The notes beneath the pieces were generated by a model that saw only the letters and a program-made list of their open reading frames with translations, searched no databases and was not told the DNA's origin. This document shows positions 29,939-41,120 of a DNA stretch of 64,000 bases, in pieces. Origin of the DNA: Candidatus Bathyarchaeota archaeon (lineage in GTDB: Archaea > Thermoproteota > Bathyarchaeia > Bathyarchaeales > Bathycorpusculaceae); the NCBI GenBank assembly GCA_963777155.1, contig CAVZPM010000038.1:95537-159536 (forward strand), written 5' to 3'. Position numbers and translations under genes: made by a program. The number at the start of each line of letters is the position of its first letter. Position 1 is the first letter of the stretch.

Positions 29939-30520
29939 TCAAGTGGTACCGAAATCGCCTAGAGTCCTTTGTGGGGTTTCTTTGGTGTATAGTGGGTAGG
30001 TTATTTTTGTTCCTTCTACGCGTGCAAACTCGGTGAGTTGATGATTAATGGTGCTGTCTTTGCTTATGATGTGTTCAACTTTTACATGCCGAGCCATAAG
30101 AGCGTCACTGATGAGACTTCGGTGGCAACGCCAAGGCAGTGCTTCCGCACACATCAACGTCAACCGGTTCTCCCGTGCTAAAGAGATGATTTTTAGAAGG
30201 CTATCGGTAAATTCTTGGGTTTGCATGTAGTCGGCGTAGCCTCGGAAACCGCTGTTTTTCCATGCCAGGTTGACCGAGTCGTGTTTTGGGTGTCTGAGTC
30301 CGCCGATTTCGGGCATGTGAATGTACCTTACGCCATAAGGTTTTAGGCTGCCTGGGAGGGTTTCTTTGTTGAATTGGGGATTATGCCTCGAACGCGGAAC
30401 TGTACGGACATCCACCAGCAAAGTCACTCCGTAAACGCCCAGTAACTCTACGAATTCCTCCAGCGTTCGAGTTGAGTGCCCAATCGTGAAGACCACTTTG
30501 GACTCGGATGCTTTAGCCAA
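29939..30520 (-). CDS. DUF488 family protein
   Basis: TIGHSTR, VDVRTVPRS, LMCAE, CHRSLI; probable TTG start at 30520. Confidence 0.9.
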   Translation of the reverse strand: MAKASESKVVFTIGHSTRTLEEFVELLGVYGVTLLVDVRTVPRSRHNPQFNKETLPGSLKPYGVRYIHMPEIGGLRHPKHDSVNLAWKNSGFRGYADYMQTQEFTDSLLKIISLARENRLTLMCAEALPWRCHRSLISDALMARHVKVEHIISKDSTINHQLTEFARVEGTKITYPLYTKETPQRTLGDFGTT

Positions 30521-30766
30521 ACTGCAAGCCTTCTTAGCACATAATATGGACGATAAAATATAAGAAGTCAAAGCAACTGCCGTTTGCAAGTAACCAAAGA
30601 AAACAAAGCAACCCAATCAAACGCTGCTATCTGTCGAATGCCTTTTAATGACCCTAGTCAACTCAATTCCCGTTCAAAGCAAGAATGACCTAAATGCTTC
30701 TTCTTTTGCAAAACAAAGGGGAACATTTTTACTCTCAAACGTAGACAAGCTAACAGGGAAATAGAC

Positions 30767-31102
30767 GTGGATGCATTCAAAGTAACGATAATTTTCACCG
30801 TAGTAGTGTCAGTCGGTATTTTAGCAGGAATTATGTTCATCGCCCAAGATATGATAAATAATGCAAAAATACCTGACGTTGAAAGAGACTTGGTAGCTTC
30901 AAAAGCCGCTATTTCAGACAGCCATCTTGCAAACTTCACCGTTAACCTCTCCGACGGGAAAACGCTCTACATCCAAAACAACGCCACTCTGTATCAAAGC
31001 ATCCTTGAAAACCAAACTTACGTCTTTACTTGCCGCATCGATTTTAGCAATAAAATGACCTTAATCGACCATGCCGACTTTGTTAATGCGACCACCCCCT
31101 AA
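30767..31102 (+). CDS. Hypothetical N-terminally anchored membrane protein
   Basis: N-terminal TM helix followed by a beta-rich domain. Confidence 0.65.
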   Translation: MDAFKVTIIFTVVVSVGILAGIMFIAQDMINNAKIPDVERDLVASKAAISDSHLANFTVNLSDGKTLYIQNNATLYQSILENQTYVFTCRIDFSNKMTLIDHADFVNATTP

Positions 31103-31223
31103 AAGACAAAGATATGAAATTCTTGTTCAAATAATCTCCACATTGGTATTCCCTTAATTAAACCGCCTAACTGCAAAAATTTATTAATCCAACTTATACT
31201 GCATAAGTTAAGGCGAAGAATCT

Positions 31224-31571
31224 GTGTCCCTAGCAACTAAACTGAAAACATTTAAGCCCTTCGAACTGGCATCCTTTGCTTTCTATGCTGTTACAGGTAT
31301 GATTCTACTGATTTTTCTGCCCCTAACAGGTTATCCACCGCATGTTGCTTTTTTAGGAATCATTAGCCTAATAACTGGCTACAGTCTCTTTGCGAAAAGA
31401 GTCTGGGCACCATGGCTCGTCGCAGCCCTGGTCATTGTTAACACGGTTTTTGCGCTTGATGTGCTCTTCTCAATTGCTTTTAGCAACGTACTGGTTGCGT
31501 TGAGCATGCTGGGTTACGCTGTTTTAACATGGCTGTTTACGGCATACCTTTTGCTCAAGAGAAAAGACTAA
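31224..31571 (+). CDS. Hypothetical 4-TM membrane protein
   Basis: Four hydrophobic segments, basic C-terminus. Confidence 0.75.
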   Translation: MSLATKLKTFKPFELASFAFYAVTGMILLIFLPLTGYPPHVAFLGIISLITGYSLFAKRVWAPWLVAALVIVNTVFALDVLFSIAFSNVLVALSMLGYAVLTWLFTAYLLLKRKD

Positions 31572-32818
31572 ACCTTAGCGGCTAATCCGCGAAACAGCAC
31601 AACTGCCACTTCCTGGTCTACGTCAATGAACTGCTCGTTTTCCGCAATCTCAACAAACCCATCGGCGTTCGCCAACGTGGTTATTGCGCCTGAAGCACCA
31701 GTCTCCACCGGCGTTGCAATCAAACGGCAAGTCTCATCGAACTCTAATTTTACCATCACAAAGGTTCGTCTGCCTTTTGCACTAAACATTCTTGCGCCAG
31801 CAACAGCCCTAACCATCTTCATAGGTGTTACAGGTCGACCAGCTAAACGCAGAATTAGCGGTCTTGCAAGTAGATAGAAAAGCAGTAAAGCAGATGTAGG
31901 GTTACCTGGAAGCGAAAACACCGGCTTGTCACCGACAAAACCGACGGTAGTTGGTTTACCTGGCTTCACCGCTATTCCGTAAACGACGATTCCTGGCTTG
32001 CCCAAAGAATCCACGATTTGTGGCGTGTAATCGCGTGGACCCACCGAAACCCCGCCCGAAGTAATCACCATATCCGCTGAAGCTACAGCAGTTTGCATAG
32101 CCTTACTTAGTGCTGCTTTGTCGTCGGGAACCACCCCCAAATACACGGGTTTTGCACCGCTTTCAATGACTGCTGTACTAATGGTATAAGCGTTGATATC
32201 GTAGATTTTTCCCGCCTGCAATTCTCTACCAAGCTCAGTGACTTCTCCGCCTGTGGAGAGAACTGCGACAACGGGGATTTTTTGGACTTTAACGCTTTTT
32301 AAACCTAAAGCAGCTAAGACGCCGATTTCACTGGAACCCAACACTTGCCCTTTCTTAAGGACAACAGCGTCTTTTTTGATGTCAGAGCCTTTCTTCATCA
32401 CGTTCTCGTTGGAGGTGACAGCGGTATAAACGTGGAGTTCGCTATCTTCATGTTCAGTGTCTTCAACCATGACAACTGCGTCTGCTCCTTCAGGCATGGG
32501 TGCTCCAGTGACAGTTTCAACTGCTTCTCCCGTCTCAACTTTGATTTGGGGTTGTTCACCGATGTTTAAGGCACCTGTAACTTTGAGGGTTACCGGCTGG
32601 TTTTCATCTGCTCCGACGGTGTCTTGGGCTTTTACTGCGTATCCATCCATGGTTGAACGGTTAAATCCAGGAATATCCAAAGCTGAAACAATGTCTTCGC
32701 TTAGTACTCGATTGTAAGCTTCTAAAAGCACAGCTTCTTCGTCACCTAAGAACGCTGGTTTAAAGTATTCGTCGATGGCTTTTTTTGCTTCCTCAAGGGT
32801 CATGAGTTTACGAAACAT
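31568..32818 (-). CDS. moeA: Molybdopterin molybdotransferase (paralog 2)
   Basis: STMDGYAV, STGGE, SGGVSVG, KPGKP, LPGNP. Confidence 0.95.
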   Translation of the reverse strand: MFRKLMTLEEAKKAIDEYFKPAFLGDEEAVLLEAYNRVLSEDIVSALDIPGFNRSTMDGYAVKAQDTVGADENQPVTLKVTGALNIGEQPQIKVETGEAVETVTGAPMPEGADAVVMVEDTEHEDSELHVYTAVTSNENVMKKGSDIKKDAVVLKKGQVLGSSEIGVLAALGLKSVKVQKIPVVAVLSTGGEVTELGRELQAGKIYDINAYTISTAVIESGAKPVYLGVVPDDKAALSKAMQTAVASADMVITSGGVSVGPRDYTPQIVDSLGKPGIVVYGIAVKPGKPTTVGFVGDKPVFSLPGNPTSALLLFYLLARPLILRLAGRPVTPMKMVRAVAGARMFSAKGRRTFVMVKLEFDETCRLIATPVETGASGAITTLANADGFVEIAENEQFIDVDQEVAVVLFRGLAAKV

Positions 32819-32820
32819 GC

Positions 32821-34059
32821 TCAGGCAACCTCCAAAACTCCAAACATGTGGATAGTGACGGTTTCGCCTTCTGTTACGCCTTCACGGTTTTCTGGAACGA
32901 TGAGGTAACCGTTGCTCATGGTCATTGTGGATATTGAACCTGAACCCTTCGCGCTTACTGGTTCGGCGACGAGTTCGCCATTTTTTTGGGTGACGTGGAC
33001 TCGCACGTAGGTTTTTCTTCCCAAAACACTGGTGACTCGTTTGGCCAGTTTTGCTATGACGATTGGTCTAGGTTCTTCTTTTGGCATACCAAGCATCTTG
33101 CAAACGAGGGGTCTGCCAAAAACTTCAAACCCGATGACCGCAGCAACAGGGTTACCTGACAAAATCAGAACGGGTTTGCCCTCTAAAACTGCAACGGCTG
33201 TGGGCATCGCAGGACGCAAAGCAACACCATGAACAACAACACCGGGCTTTCCAAGCCCGTTAACAGCATCGGGAACCAAATCCAATCCGCCAACGCTTGT
33301 TCCGCCCGTGGTGATTACTGCATCGGATGTTTTTAGGGCGCTTTTGATTTTTTGGGCGATTTCGTCAGTGTTGTCTTTTGCCAAGCCTAGGTCAATTGTT
33401 TCGGCGCCAAGTTCTTGGCACATCGCGGACACCATGACTTTGTTTGAATCGTAAATCTGGTTTGCAGCACGTTTGGTGCCTACTTCTGTTATTTCGTTGC
33501 CTGTGGGCAAGATGGCAATTTTGGGTTTCTCGGAGACTTTCAACTCTGTATAGCCTAAAGCAGCCGCTAAACCGATATGGTAAGGATTCAAGCGTGTGCC
33601 AGGTTTAGCGACAAGAACACCTTTTTTGATGTCTTCGCCAACCTCAGAGACATTAGCCCCTGGCGTTAGCTGGTTCCAAACCTCCAATTCGTCTCCATGC
33701 TTCTGGGTGTTCTCAAGCATTACTACAGCATCTGCGCCTTCTGGAATGGGGTTTCCTGTCCAAATCTGCTTAGCCTGCTTTGAGGTTATGTAATCTGTTT
33801 GGGTTAGCTGCAGAACCATGGGTTTGGATTGGGAGGCACCTATCAAATCCGAGGACTTCACAGCGTAACCATCCATAGCTGACTTGGCAAAACGCGGCAA
33901 ATCCTCCAAAGCAACCAAGTTTTCGGCTAAAACACGACCTAACGCATCCTGTAAACTTACCGAAACAATCTTGGGTTTGCCAAGTTGCAATGTATTAAAC
34001 CAAGTTTGCAATGCTTGGTCAGTTAATGTAAGTTTTTGAAATCCCTTAAGCTTCACCAA
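32821..34059 (-). CDS. moeA: Molybdopterin molybdotransferase (paralog 1)
   Basis: SAMDGYAV, TGNE, TGGTSVG, LSGNPV. Confidence 0.93.
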   Translation of the reverse strand: MVKLKGFQKLTLTDQALQTWFNTLQLGKPKIVSVSLQDALGRVLAENLVALEDLPRFAKSAMDGYAVKSSDLIGASQSKPMVLQLTQTDYITSKQAKQIWTGNPIPEGADAVVMLENTQKHGDELEVWNQLTPGANVSEVGEDIKKGVLVAKPGTRLNPYHIGLAAALGYTELKVSEKPKIAILPTGNEITEVGTKRAANQIYDSNKVMVSAMCQELGAETIDLGLAKDNTDEIAQKIKSALKTSDAVITTGGTSVGGLDLVPDAVNGLGKPGVVVHGVALRPAMPTAVAVLEGKPVLILSGNPVAAVIGFEVFGRPLVCKMLGMPKEEPRPIVIAKLAKRVTSVLGRKTYVRVHVTQKNGELVAEPVSAKGSGSISTMTMSNGYLIVPENREGVTEGETVTIHMFGVLEVA

Positions 34060-34208
34060 AATGGTCCCATTTATGCACTAGCGATTAACCGTAAAAAACA
34101 TATCGAACCAAAAACCCAAACACCAATCAAACTTCAATAAATAGGCAATGCTCTTATGCATTGGAAACTATGAAAGACAAAAATTGCGGAAAAGACATGT
34201 GTTTTGGT

Positions 34209-34727
34209 TTACTGCTTGACTGCGGCTTCTTTGGTCATTTTTTTGATGAATTCTTTTATGTTATCATGCTGACCATAAACTACAAGTTTTCCATCTTTTT
34301 GAGGTTTAATTTCAAGCTTAAGCGCACAGGCAATTTGCCCCATCCGATCAATTGAAAGACTATTGATGGGTTCTACTCTGACCCATTTTTGGTCTTTAGG
34401 AACACCCGTGACAAACTTGTTTTCGGCTACTGGGTCTTCGCAGACTTCGGCGTTAGCTTCCTCCAGCTGCCTTAGCCATAGATCGACCTTCTCTGAACCC
34501 AAAAGCTTCTGTCCTTCAGTCACAAGGTAAGCCTCAACATTAGCCGTTAACTCTTCAGCCTTTTGTATAACGTCGCCTGCTCCTATAGCTTGGGTGCAAT
34601 GGAGTTTTATCATGGATTTAGCTGATCTCAAGTCACCAAGAATATTTTCTGGTATAGCTACATCTTTCTTCTTCAATTCAATTGTCATTTTTTCGAGAAG
34701 TTTCCAATACGCCATGTTGTGACCCAT
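34209..34727 (-). CDS. DUF2096-like protein
   Basis: WKLLEKMTIELKK..DLRSAKSMI pattern; FVTGVPKDQKWVRV. Confidence 0.65.
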   Translation of the reverse strand: MGHNMAYWKLLEKMTIELKKKDVAIPENILGDLRSAKSMIKLHCTQAIGAGDVIQKAEELTANVEAYLVTEGQKLLGSEKVDLWLRQLEEANAEVCEDPVAENKFVTGVPKDQKWVRVEPINSLSIDRMGQIACALKLEIKPQKDGKLVVYGQHDNIKEFIKKMTKEAAVKQ

Positions 34728-34900
34728 AAACTCGCCTTGTTATGTTAGGGCTTTGCGCTATAAAGGGGTTATCAGGCTTTTGGTTTTGGAAAGAAATAAA
34801 TCATTTGATTATTTTGTAATTAGTTGCAGAGGTTTGTTTTTGCTGCGGAAAAAATCGGACGACAACCTCGTCAGAGTTCACGGATTTTGTTGGGATAAAA

Positions 34901-36279
34901 ATGAAGATAAAAACTATCAAATCTGAAGGCTTAGCCCACAACAGCTATATCCTCTTTGACCAAGACGAAGCGGCTGTAATTGACCCGCGCCGCGACTGCG
35001 AAATCTATACCGAGCTAGCCAAGGAAGAATGCTCCAAAATTAAATATATTCTAGAGACCCATCGAAACGAAGACTTTGTGATTGGCTCGTTGGAACTTCA
35101 GAAAATGACATCAGCTGAAATCGGTCACAGCAACGCCTTGCCGTTTAAGTATGGAGAACACAATTTGGCTGACAATGAAACCCTAAGCCTCGGCGGCGTC
35201 AAAATCAAAACTTTGTATACTCCTGGGCACACAAATGAATCCCTCTGTTACGAAATTTACCCATCTCAAAGCAATGAATCAACGTTGGTTTTCACTGGCG
35301 ACACCCTCTTCGCAGGCTCTGTGGGACGAACCGACCTCTACGGTAAAACAAGCCAGCCAACCCAAGCCGACAAACTCTTCAGCAGCCTCCACGACAAACT
35401 TCTGCCTATTGGCGACCACGTCCTTGTTTATCCTGCACATGGCGCCGGCAGCGTATGCGGTCACGGCTATAAGCGGTATGGAACCAACCACAATTGGCTA
35501 CGAAAAGAAAACAAATCCTTACCTTCAATTGAGTAAAGAAGATTTCGTCAGAAAAGTAAGCAGCGAAGCACTAGTCGTGCCCCATTATTTCAAGCGGATG
35601 GAAGAATACAACCTCAACGGTCCACCGCTACTAAGCGAATTAGCCTATCCTAAACCTCTATCTCTTACTAGAGTTTGAGGAAGAAATGGCTGAGCAAAAC
35701 ATGATAGTCATCGACACACGCTTACCATATGCTTTTGCTGGCTCACACATTCCAAATTCGCAGAGTCTATGGCTTGGCGGAACCAGTGTTTACCCTGGCT
35801 GGCTACTCGACATCAACCAATACATCGTGTTCGTGCTTGAACGCCCCCAAGACATCGACACGGTGGCACCTCGGTTTCGCAGGTTGGGTTTTGATAACTT
35901 GTGCGGTTTTCTCTGCGGTGGCATGAATGAATGGCAAGAAGCAGGTAAACCAATCCGCAGCTTCGGCACTATGTCGGCAATTGAGCTTAAGGACAAATTG
36001 GGTAGAGGGGAGGTTTTGCTTTTGGATGTGCGGGACCCACCTGAATGGGTAGAAGATGGCTACGTTGAAGGTGCAACAAGGTTATTCTTCGCTGATTTAC
36101 CCGAAAAGGCCGATTCATTGCCCAAAGATAAGCCGATTGCAGTCACGTGTTCAGTTGGCAACCGTTCCAGTATAGCATCAAGCATCCTTGAAAGAAAAGG
36201 TTACCGAAACATCATTAACGTACTTGGCGGGATGACTGCTTGGGCAAACCTTGGCTACCCAACAAAAAAAGAAGCTTAG
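34901..36279 (+). CDS. MBL-fold hydrolase fused to two rhodanese domains (two frameshifts)
   Basis: ETHRNED, TPGHT, FTGDTLF, PAHGAGSVCG; rhodanese CSVGNRS; three ORFs rejoin on removing single bases near 35466 and 35665. Confidence 0.88.
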
Positions 36280-37005
36280 CTTTCTTCTTTTTCTTCTCAG
36301 AGTCTTGGCTAATCGGGCGCCTTTGCCACTATCTTTGGGTTCCAAAAGTTCCCTAACAAAGTTGTATTGGCGTTGGTAGATATGGCAATTTTTTGAGTGG
36401 AAAATTAACTTGCCAGTTTTCAGTGACATATTGCTGCGTTCATTTATTTCGTTAACGAAGGCTTCATTGAAAAGTTGCAGTCCAGCGATATTAGCTGGCA
36501 AACCGCCAAATGCATCCCAGCTTCGAAAGTAGCAAGTAAGATGCATTCGATTTTCAAGAATTTCTGTGTCAATTAGGCTTAAACAAGGCGGTTCACTTTT
36601 TTTGTGGTTGTCACCGTATTTTTTTATGTCGTTTGGAAGCCTGATAACCATTGTAACTTGTCGGTCATTTTGCTCTTCTATGTATCTTTTTATTGCTTCT
36701 TCAACTTGGTTAACTGGATAATTAAGACGACTTCCATAGGTGTAAGTTTCATCTTCTTGTTTTTCTCCACACCATAAGTACTCCAATGCGTAACCTTGGA
36801 CGTACTTGAAATCGCATGGAGCTTTTTCGCTGACAAGTGGTCGATTTTCTGGGTTTGTAATTTCGATGGAAAGATTCAGCTTCTTGGTTTCAGTTTCTTC
36901 TGAGCCAAATCCTACCCGGAAAACGTCGCCATTGCTCCATATGTTGCTTAACGTTTTGAACCATGCGTCAGGGCAGTCGAACGCTGATATCTTTACATGC
37001 TTCAA
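36276..37005 (-). CDS. thyA: Archaeal-type thymidylate synthase
   Basis: YTYGSRL, PPCL, FRSWD, ANI, HIY; probable true stop at 36276-36278 after a late 1-nt insertion. Confidence 0.8.
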
Positions 37006-37143
37006 ATGCAGGAATCTCCAAGATACCTAATACTGTTTAGATAATCTGAATATAAGTTTACCACTAAAAAGAACTATAACCAAAACAGATCAAGATAACA
37101 ATAATTCTCTTTAAAAATTAAAAAGGGAAAGAAAATTTTGGGT

Positions 37144-38832
37144 TTAGTAGGGCATTCCGCCCATGCCGCCGCCCATTCCACCCATGCCTCCCATACCGCC
37201 CATTCCTCCTGGGGGCATCGGGGGCATCTTGCTGCCGCCTTTAATGCTGATGAGGTCGTCGATTTTTAGTATCATGTTTGTGGCTTCGGTCGCGGACTTT
37301 ATGACTTGCTGCTTTACGCGGAGTGGTTCTATGACCATCTTTGTGCACATGTCGACGATTTTGCCTGTTGTAACGTCTATGCCGAATGTTTCGCTCTTTG
37401 GTTTCTCATGTTGTGCACGTAGTGCGACCATGATGTCGATTGGGTCTAAGCCTGCGTTCTCTGCGAGTGTGAGCGGTATTTCTTCGACTGCTTCAGCGAA
37501 AGCTTCAACGGCAAGTTGCTCTCGACCGCCAACTTTGACTGCGAATGCACGTAGGTTTTTGGCTAATTCTGCTTCGGGTGCGCCGCCGCCTGCAACGATT
37601 TTTCCGTCTTCAATTGCGTTGCGGACTACACATAAACCGTCGTGTAGACTGCGTTCAGCTTCATCAATAACGTGGTTTGATGCTCCTCGGATAACGATTG
37701 TTACTGCTTTGGGGTTCTTGCAGTCACGGATGTAGATTAGTTTGTCATCGCCGATTTTGACTTCTTCAACACGTTTGGCTTTGCCAAGTGAGTCTGGAGT
37801 TAAGTCTTTTACGCTTGCACCGATACTGCCGCCTGTGGCGCGGGAGAGTTTTTCCATGTCGCTGCTGCTTACGCTCTTAACAGCTAAAACACCTGCTTTG
37901 CCCAAGAAGTGTAGAACCATGTCGTCGATGCCTTTCTCGCAGAAGATAACGTTTGCACCTGACTTGGTGATTGTGGTAACCATTTCTTTTAGCATTCGTT
38001 CTTCTTCGTCAAGGAACATCTTCATTTGATCGGGGCTTTCAATGTTTATTTTTGCGTCGAACTCGGTCTTCTCAATTTCAAGTTTAGCGTTTAAGAGAGC
38101 GATCTTTGCGCCGTCGATGAGTTTTGGCATACCTGAGCTTGCAACTTCTTTGTCAAGAACCATTCCTTTAACAAGTTCAGTTTCATCGAGACCCTGACCG
38201 TGTTTCTTAACGACTTTAATCAAGTCGATATCTGCAACATATTTCTTATCAACTTTTTCGGAGACCTGCTTCACGGCTTCAACGATTATTTTTGCAAAGT
38301 GGTCTTCTGCAACGTTGATGCTTTTGCTTGATATTGATGTGATTGCTATATTCCGCAGAGTTTTTTCATCCTCAAAGGTAACGGGGATGGCGATTTTATC
38401 CAAGATTTCTTGGGCTTTCTCGCTTGCTTTCTTGTAACCCTCAATGATGACTGTCGGGTGGATGTTTTTGTCAAGTAAGCTTTCGGCTTTTGCTAGTAGT
38501 TCACCTGCTAAAATGACTGCTGTGGTTGTTCCGTCGCCGACTTCGTTGTCTTGGGCTTTTGCAACTTCAACGAGCATCTTTGCTGCTGGATGCTGAACGT
38601 CGAGTTCCTTCATGATGGTTGCGCCGTCGTTTGTGATTGCAACGTCGCCCATGCTGCTAACGAGCATTTTATCCATGCCGCATGGACCGAGTGTTGATTT
38701 GACTGATTCAGCCACTATCTTTGCAGCCATGATGTTGTTTTTCTGTGCTTCGCGGCCAGTTGAGCGGCCGGTGCCTTCTTTTAATACTAGAATTGGGATG
38801 TTTCCTCCACCTTGAGACATATTTTTCACCAA
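37144..38832 (-). CDS. ths: Thermosome (group II chaperonin) subunit
   Basis: [31 protein letters not shown]-terminal GGM repeats. Confidence 0.97.
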   Translation of the reverse strand: MVKNMSQGGGNIPILVLKEGTGRSTGREAQKNNIMAAKIVAESVKSTLGPCGMDKMLVSSMGDVAITNDGATIMKELDVQHPAAKMLVEVAKAQDNEVGDGTTTAVILAGELLAKAESLLDKNIHPTVIIEGYKKASEKAQEILDKIAIPVTFEDEKTLRNIAITSISSKSINVAEDHFAKIIVEAVKQVSEKVDKKYVADIDLIKVVKKHGQGLDETELVKGMVLDKEVASSGMPKLIDGAKIALLNAKLEIEKTEFDAKINIESPDQMKMFLDEEERMLKEMVTTITKSGANVIFCEKGIDDMVLHFLGKAGVLAVKSVSSSDMEKLSRATGGSIGASVKDLTPDSLGKAKRVEEVKIGDDKLIYIRDCKNPKAVTIVIRGASNHVIDEAERSLHDGLCVVRNAIEDGKIVAGGGAPEAELAKNLRAFAVKVGGREQLAVEAFAEAVEEIPLTLAENAGLDPIDIMVALRAQHEKPKSETFGIDVTTGKIVDMCTKMVIEPLRVKQQVIKSATEATNMILKIDDLISIKGGSKMPPMPPGGMGGMGGMGGMGGGMGGMPY

Positions 38833-39012
38833 ATAGTTTCCTTTTTGAGTATAGATTCTAGACGGAACAATAAATCATTCAGATATAAATTTTTCTAAGA
38901 GCTGACGGTTAAAAACAGCCAAGATAACATAAACAAACTTGGAAAAAAGGAGTTTTCTGTTTCACCGATTAAGACAACCCTGAACAGGTGCTTTATCGCT
39001 CAAAAGAGCAAT

Positions 39013-40073
39013 CTATTCTGCTTTGACTATGTGGTATCCTGATGCTTTTCTGAGCCTATTCATCACCGCTAAACCTAGCCCCTCAGAAGAAACACCCTCA
39101 GCAATTATAACATCTACACCTTCAGCATCAACTTCCCGAAGAAGACGAAAGAGACTTTGCGCGACAGTTGCCAAATCAGAGCGGCTACCCAACGATTTAA
39201 CAACTTCCGCTCGGTAGGCAGTTTGGGTTTCGTCGGTGGCGAGGATGCCAACTTTTTCACCTTTAAGTCTATAAGATTCGGCTAATTGCTTTGACTTTGG
39301 CAATAACATCTGGAACATTTCCTTCAACAAGAATTACTTCAGCTTTTGGCGCGTAATGCTTATGTTTCATTCCAGGCGACCGAATCTGTTGAAGCGGCAA
39401 CTCTTGTTCCGCCTCAACGAAAGGATGAAGCCTCAGGTCGCCAAGAACTATCTTTAACGCTTCAAAAGGTGTTCCCCCTGGGCGCAGAAGCATTGGTGGG
39501 TCAACGCTTAAGTCAACAACCGTTGATTCGACACCGATGTTTGTTGCTCCTCCGTCTATGATTGCGTCAATTCTTCCGTTCAGATCTTCGTAGACGTGTT
39601 GCGCGGTGGTTGGGCTGGGTTTGCCGGCGAGGTTTGCGCTTGGAGCCGCGATGGGACAGCGGCTTTGCCGAATTAATTCGAGGGCTACTTTGTGTTTGGG
39701 CATGCGGATAGCAACGGTATCTAAGCCCGCAACCGTTACCTTTGGTACAAGGTTTGAGCGCTTAAAAATCAGCGTTAACGGTCCAGGCCAAAACTTCTCC
39801 ATCAACAACTCGGCTTTCTTTGGCACCTCAACAACTAACCTGCTAACTTCCGCTGGATCTGCCACATGCACGATTGGCGGATTATCCAGTGGACGCTGTC
39901 TTTGCCTCAAAAAGCGCCAATACAGCCTCAGAGTTTAGTGCATCTGCACCTAAACCATAGACTGTCTCAGTGGGAAATGCAACTAACCCGCCCCTCTGAA
40001 TTATCTCTGCTGCCAACCGGATTTTCGCTGGGTCAGGATTTTCGGGGTTAACTTTTAAGAGGAGTGTCTTCAT
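39013..40073 (-). CDS. sua5: Threonylcarbamoyl-AMP synthase Sua5 (two frameshifts)
   Basis: [53 protein letters not shown] spread over three frames. Confidence 0.92.
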
Positions 40074-40573
40074 GGCGTTTGCCTTTTAGCTCAAGTACTA
40101 TTGATGTTTCAACTTGCCGCTTAGGAATATTCCAGTATTTCTTGAGCAGTTTATTTGTTTCCTCTCGGGAAAGCAGTTCAAACCCATGTTTCTGGTAGAA
40201 TTTTATCGCCCAAGGCGCAGCTTCCCAAGTGCCAACCAGAATCCTGTTAGTTTTTGCCAACCTTAAAAGATAGTTAAGAAGTTGCTCGCCTAAACCTTTC
40301 CGCTGATGACTTGTCAGCGTGTAGGCATGCCTGATTAATGTGACATCGTTGACAAGTTGGATGCCCATAACCGCGATTAAGGCGTTGTTTTCTGTGTAGC
40401 CATAAGAATTGGACGCCGCTTTGGATTTCTTCTTTTAACTCTTCTAGGGGCATATAGGGTTCTTTCCAGCAGTCAGCAGGAATTTTGCCCTTGTATGCAA
40501 CTGCAGCGTCGTTGACGACGGCAAGGATTGTTTGGAAGTCAGCGTCGTCAAGTTTACGGATCATATAGCTCAC
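40048..40573 (-). CDS. GNAT N-acetyltransferase (one frameshift)
   Basis: [17 protein letters not shown]; two ORFs join near 40405. Confidence 0.85.
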
Positions 40574-40582
40574 AAAGAACTA

Positions 40583-40969
40583 CTAGATCGCTTCAGGTTC
40601 TTTTTTAGCGTCCGCCTTCAGAACCTTCTCTATTAGGTGCATAAAGAATTCTTGCGCATGAATCTCGCTTACATGTTCCAAATAGACGGAGACCATGGCT
40701 ATTTTGCCCTTCTTAGACGCCACATACTCCGCAAACATCCGCGCAGAAATCATGTTTTTATCGCCTAAAAGCACTGACGAAGTCACTGACCCCAACAGAT
40801 CTTTGGGTTTAGGAACAGCGATAGCCATTGTGCCAAGCTTGTCTTCCTTTTCGCTGAGCATAATCATGATGGAGTTTTTAGCTTCCACATACACCGCTAA
40901 GAAATTGACGCCTTGCTGCTGGAGTTCTTCCTTTACGACTTTGGCACGTTCCACTCGAATTCGCTCCAA
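40583..40969 (-). CDS. Proteasome assembly chaperone 4 (PAC4/PSMG4)-like protein
   Basis: LGTMAIAVP...SSVLLGD....ARMFAEYVASKKGKIAMVS parallels recalled PSMG4 LRNLAVAM...STSLLGD.....LAQRLARKTNKQVFVS. Confidence 0.65.
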   Translation of the reverse strand: MERIRVERAKVVKEELQQQGVNFLAVYVEAKNSIMIMLSEKEDKLGTMAIAVPKPKDLLGSVTSSVLLGDKNMISARMFAEYVASKKGKIAMVSVYLEHVSEIHAQEFFMHLIEKVLKADAKKEPEAI

Positions 40970-41120
40970 TGTGCTTTAGTGCTCTGGATGCTTAAAAAGA
41001 CTTCACAACCTTTTTTAGCGCTAAAAAGAGTTAATTCTGCAGTTTTGTCGTGCAAGTATGTTAGGGAAAGTTTTGGGGCAAAGCATTAAGGCAAGAACAA
41101 TTCCACATGTATCGTAAGGC

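Noticed and set aside
31568-34059. Tandem moeA duplication
   Set aside because: Two MoeA paralogues are common in archaea
35660-35690. TGA readthrough (selenocysteine) in the MBL-rhodanese gene
   Set aside because: The downstream domain is in another frame, so this is an indel, not readthrough
36276-37005. Phage-type nucleotide hydroxymethylase / DNA hypermodification
   Set aside because: The ANI asparagine fits dUMP specificity, and there are no viral or modification genes alongside
37150-37230. Short tandem repeats
   Set aside because: They encode the ordinary GGM tail of the thermosome; not CRISPR
37163-38029. Long plus-strand ORFs opposite the thermosome (and similar ones opposite polB, cobT, moeA)
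   Set aside because: Antisense shadows of conserved genes with no motifs
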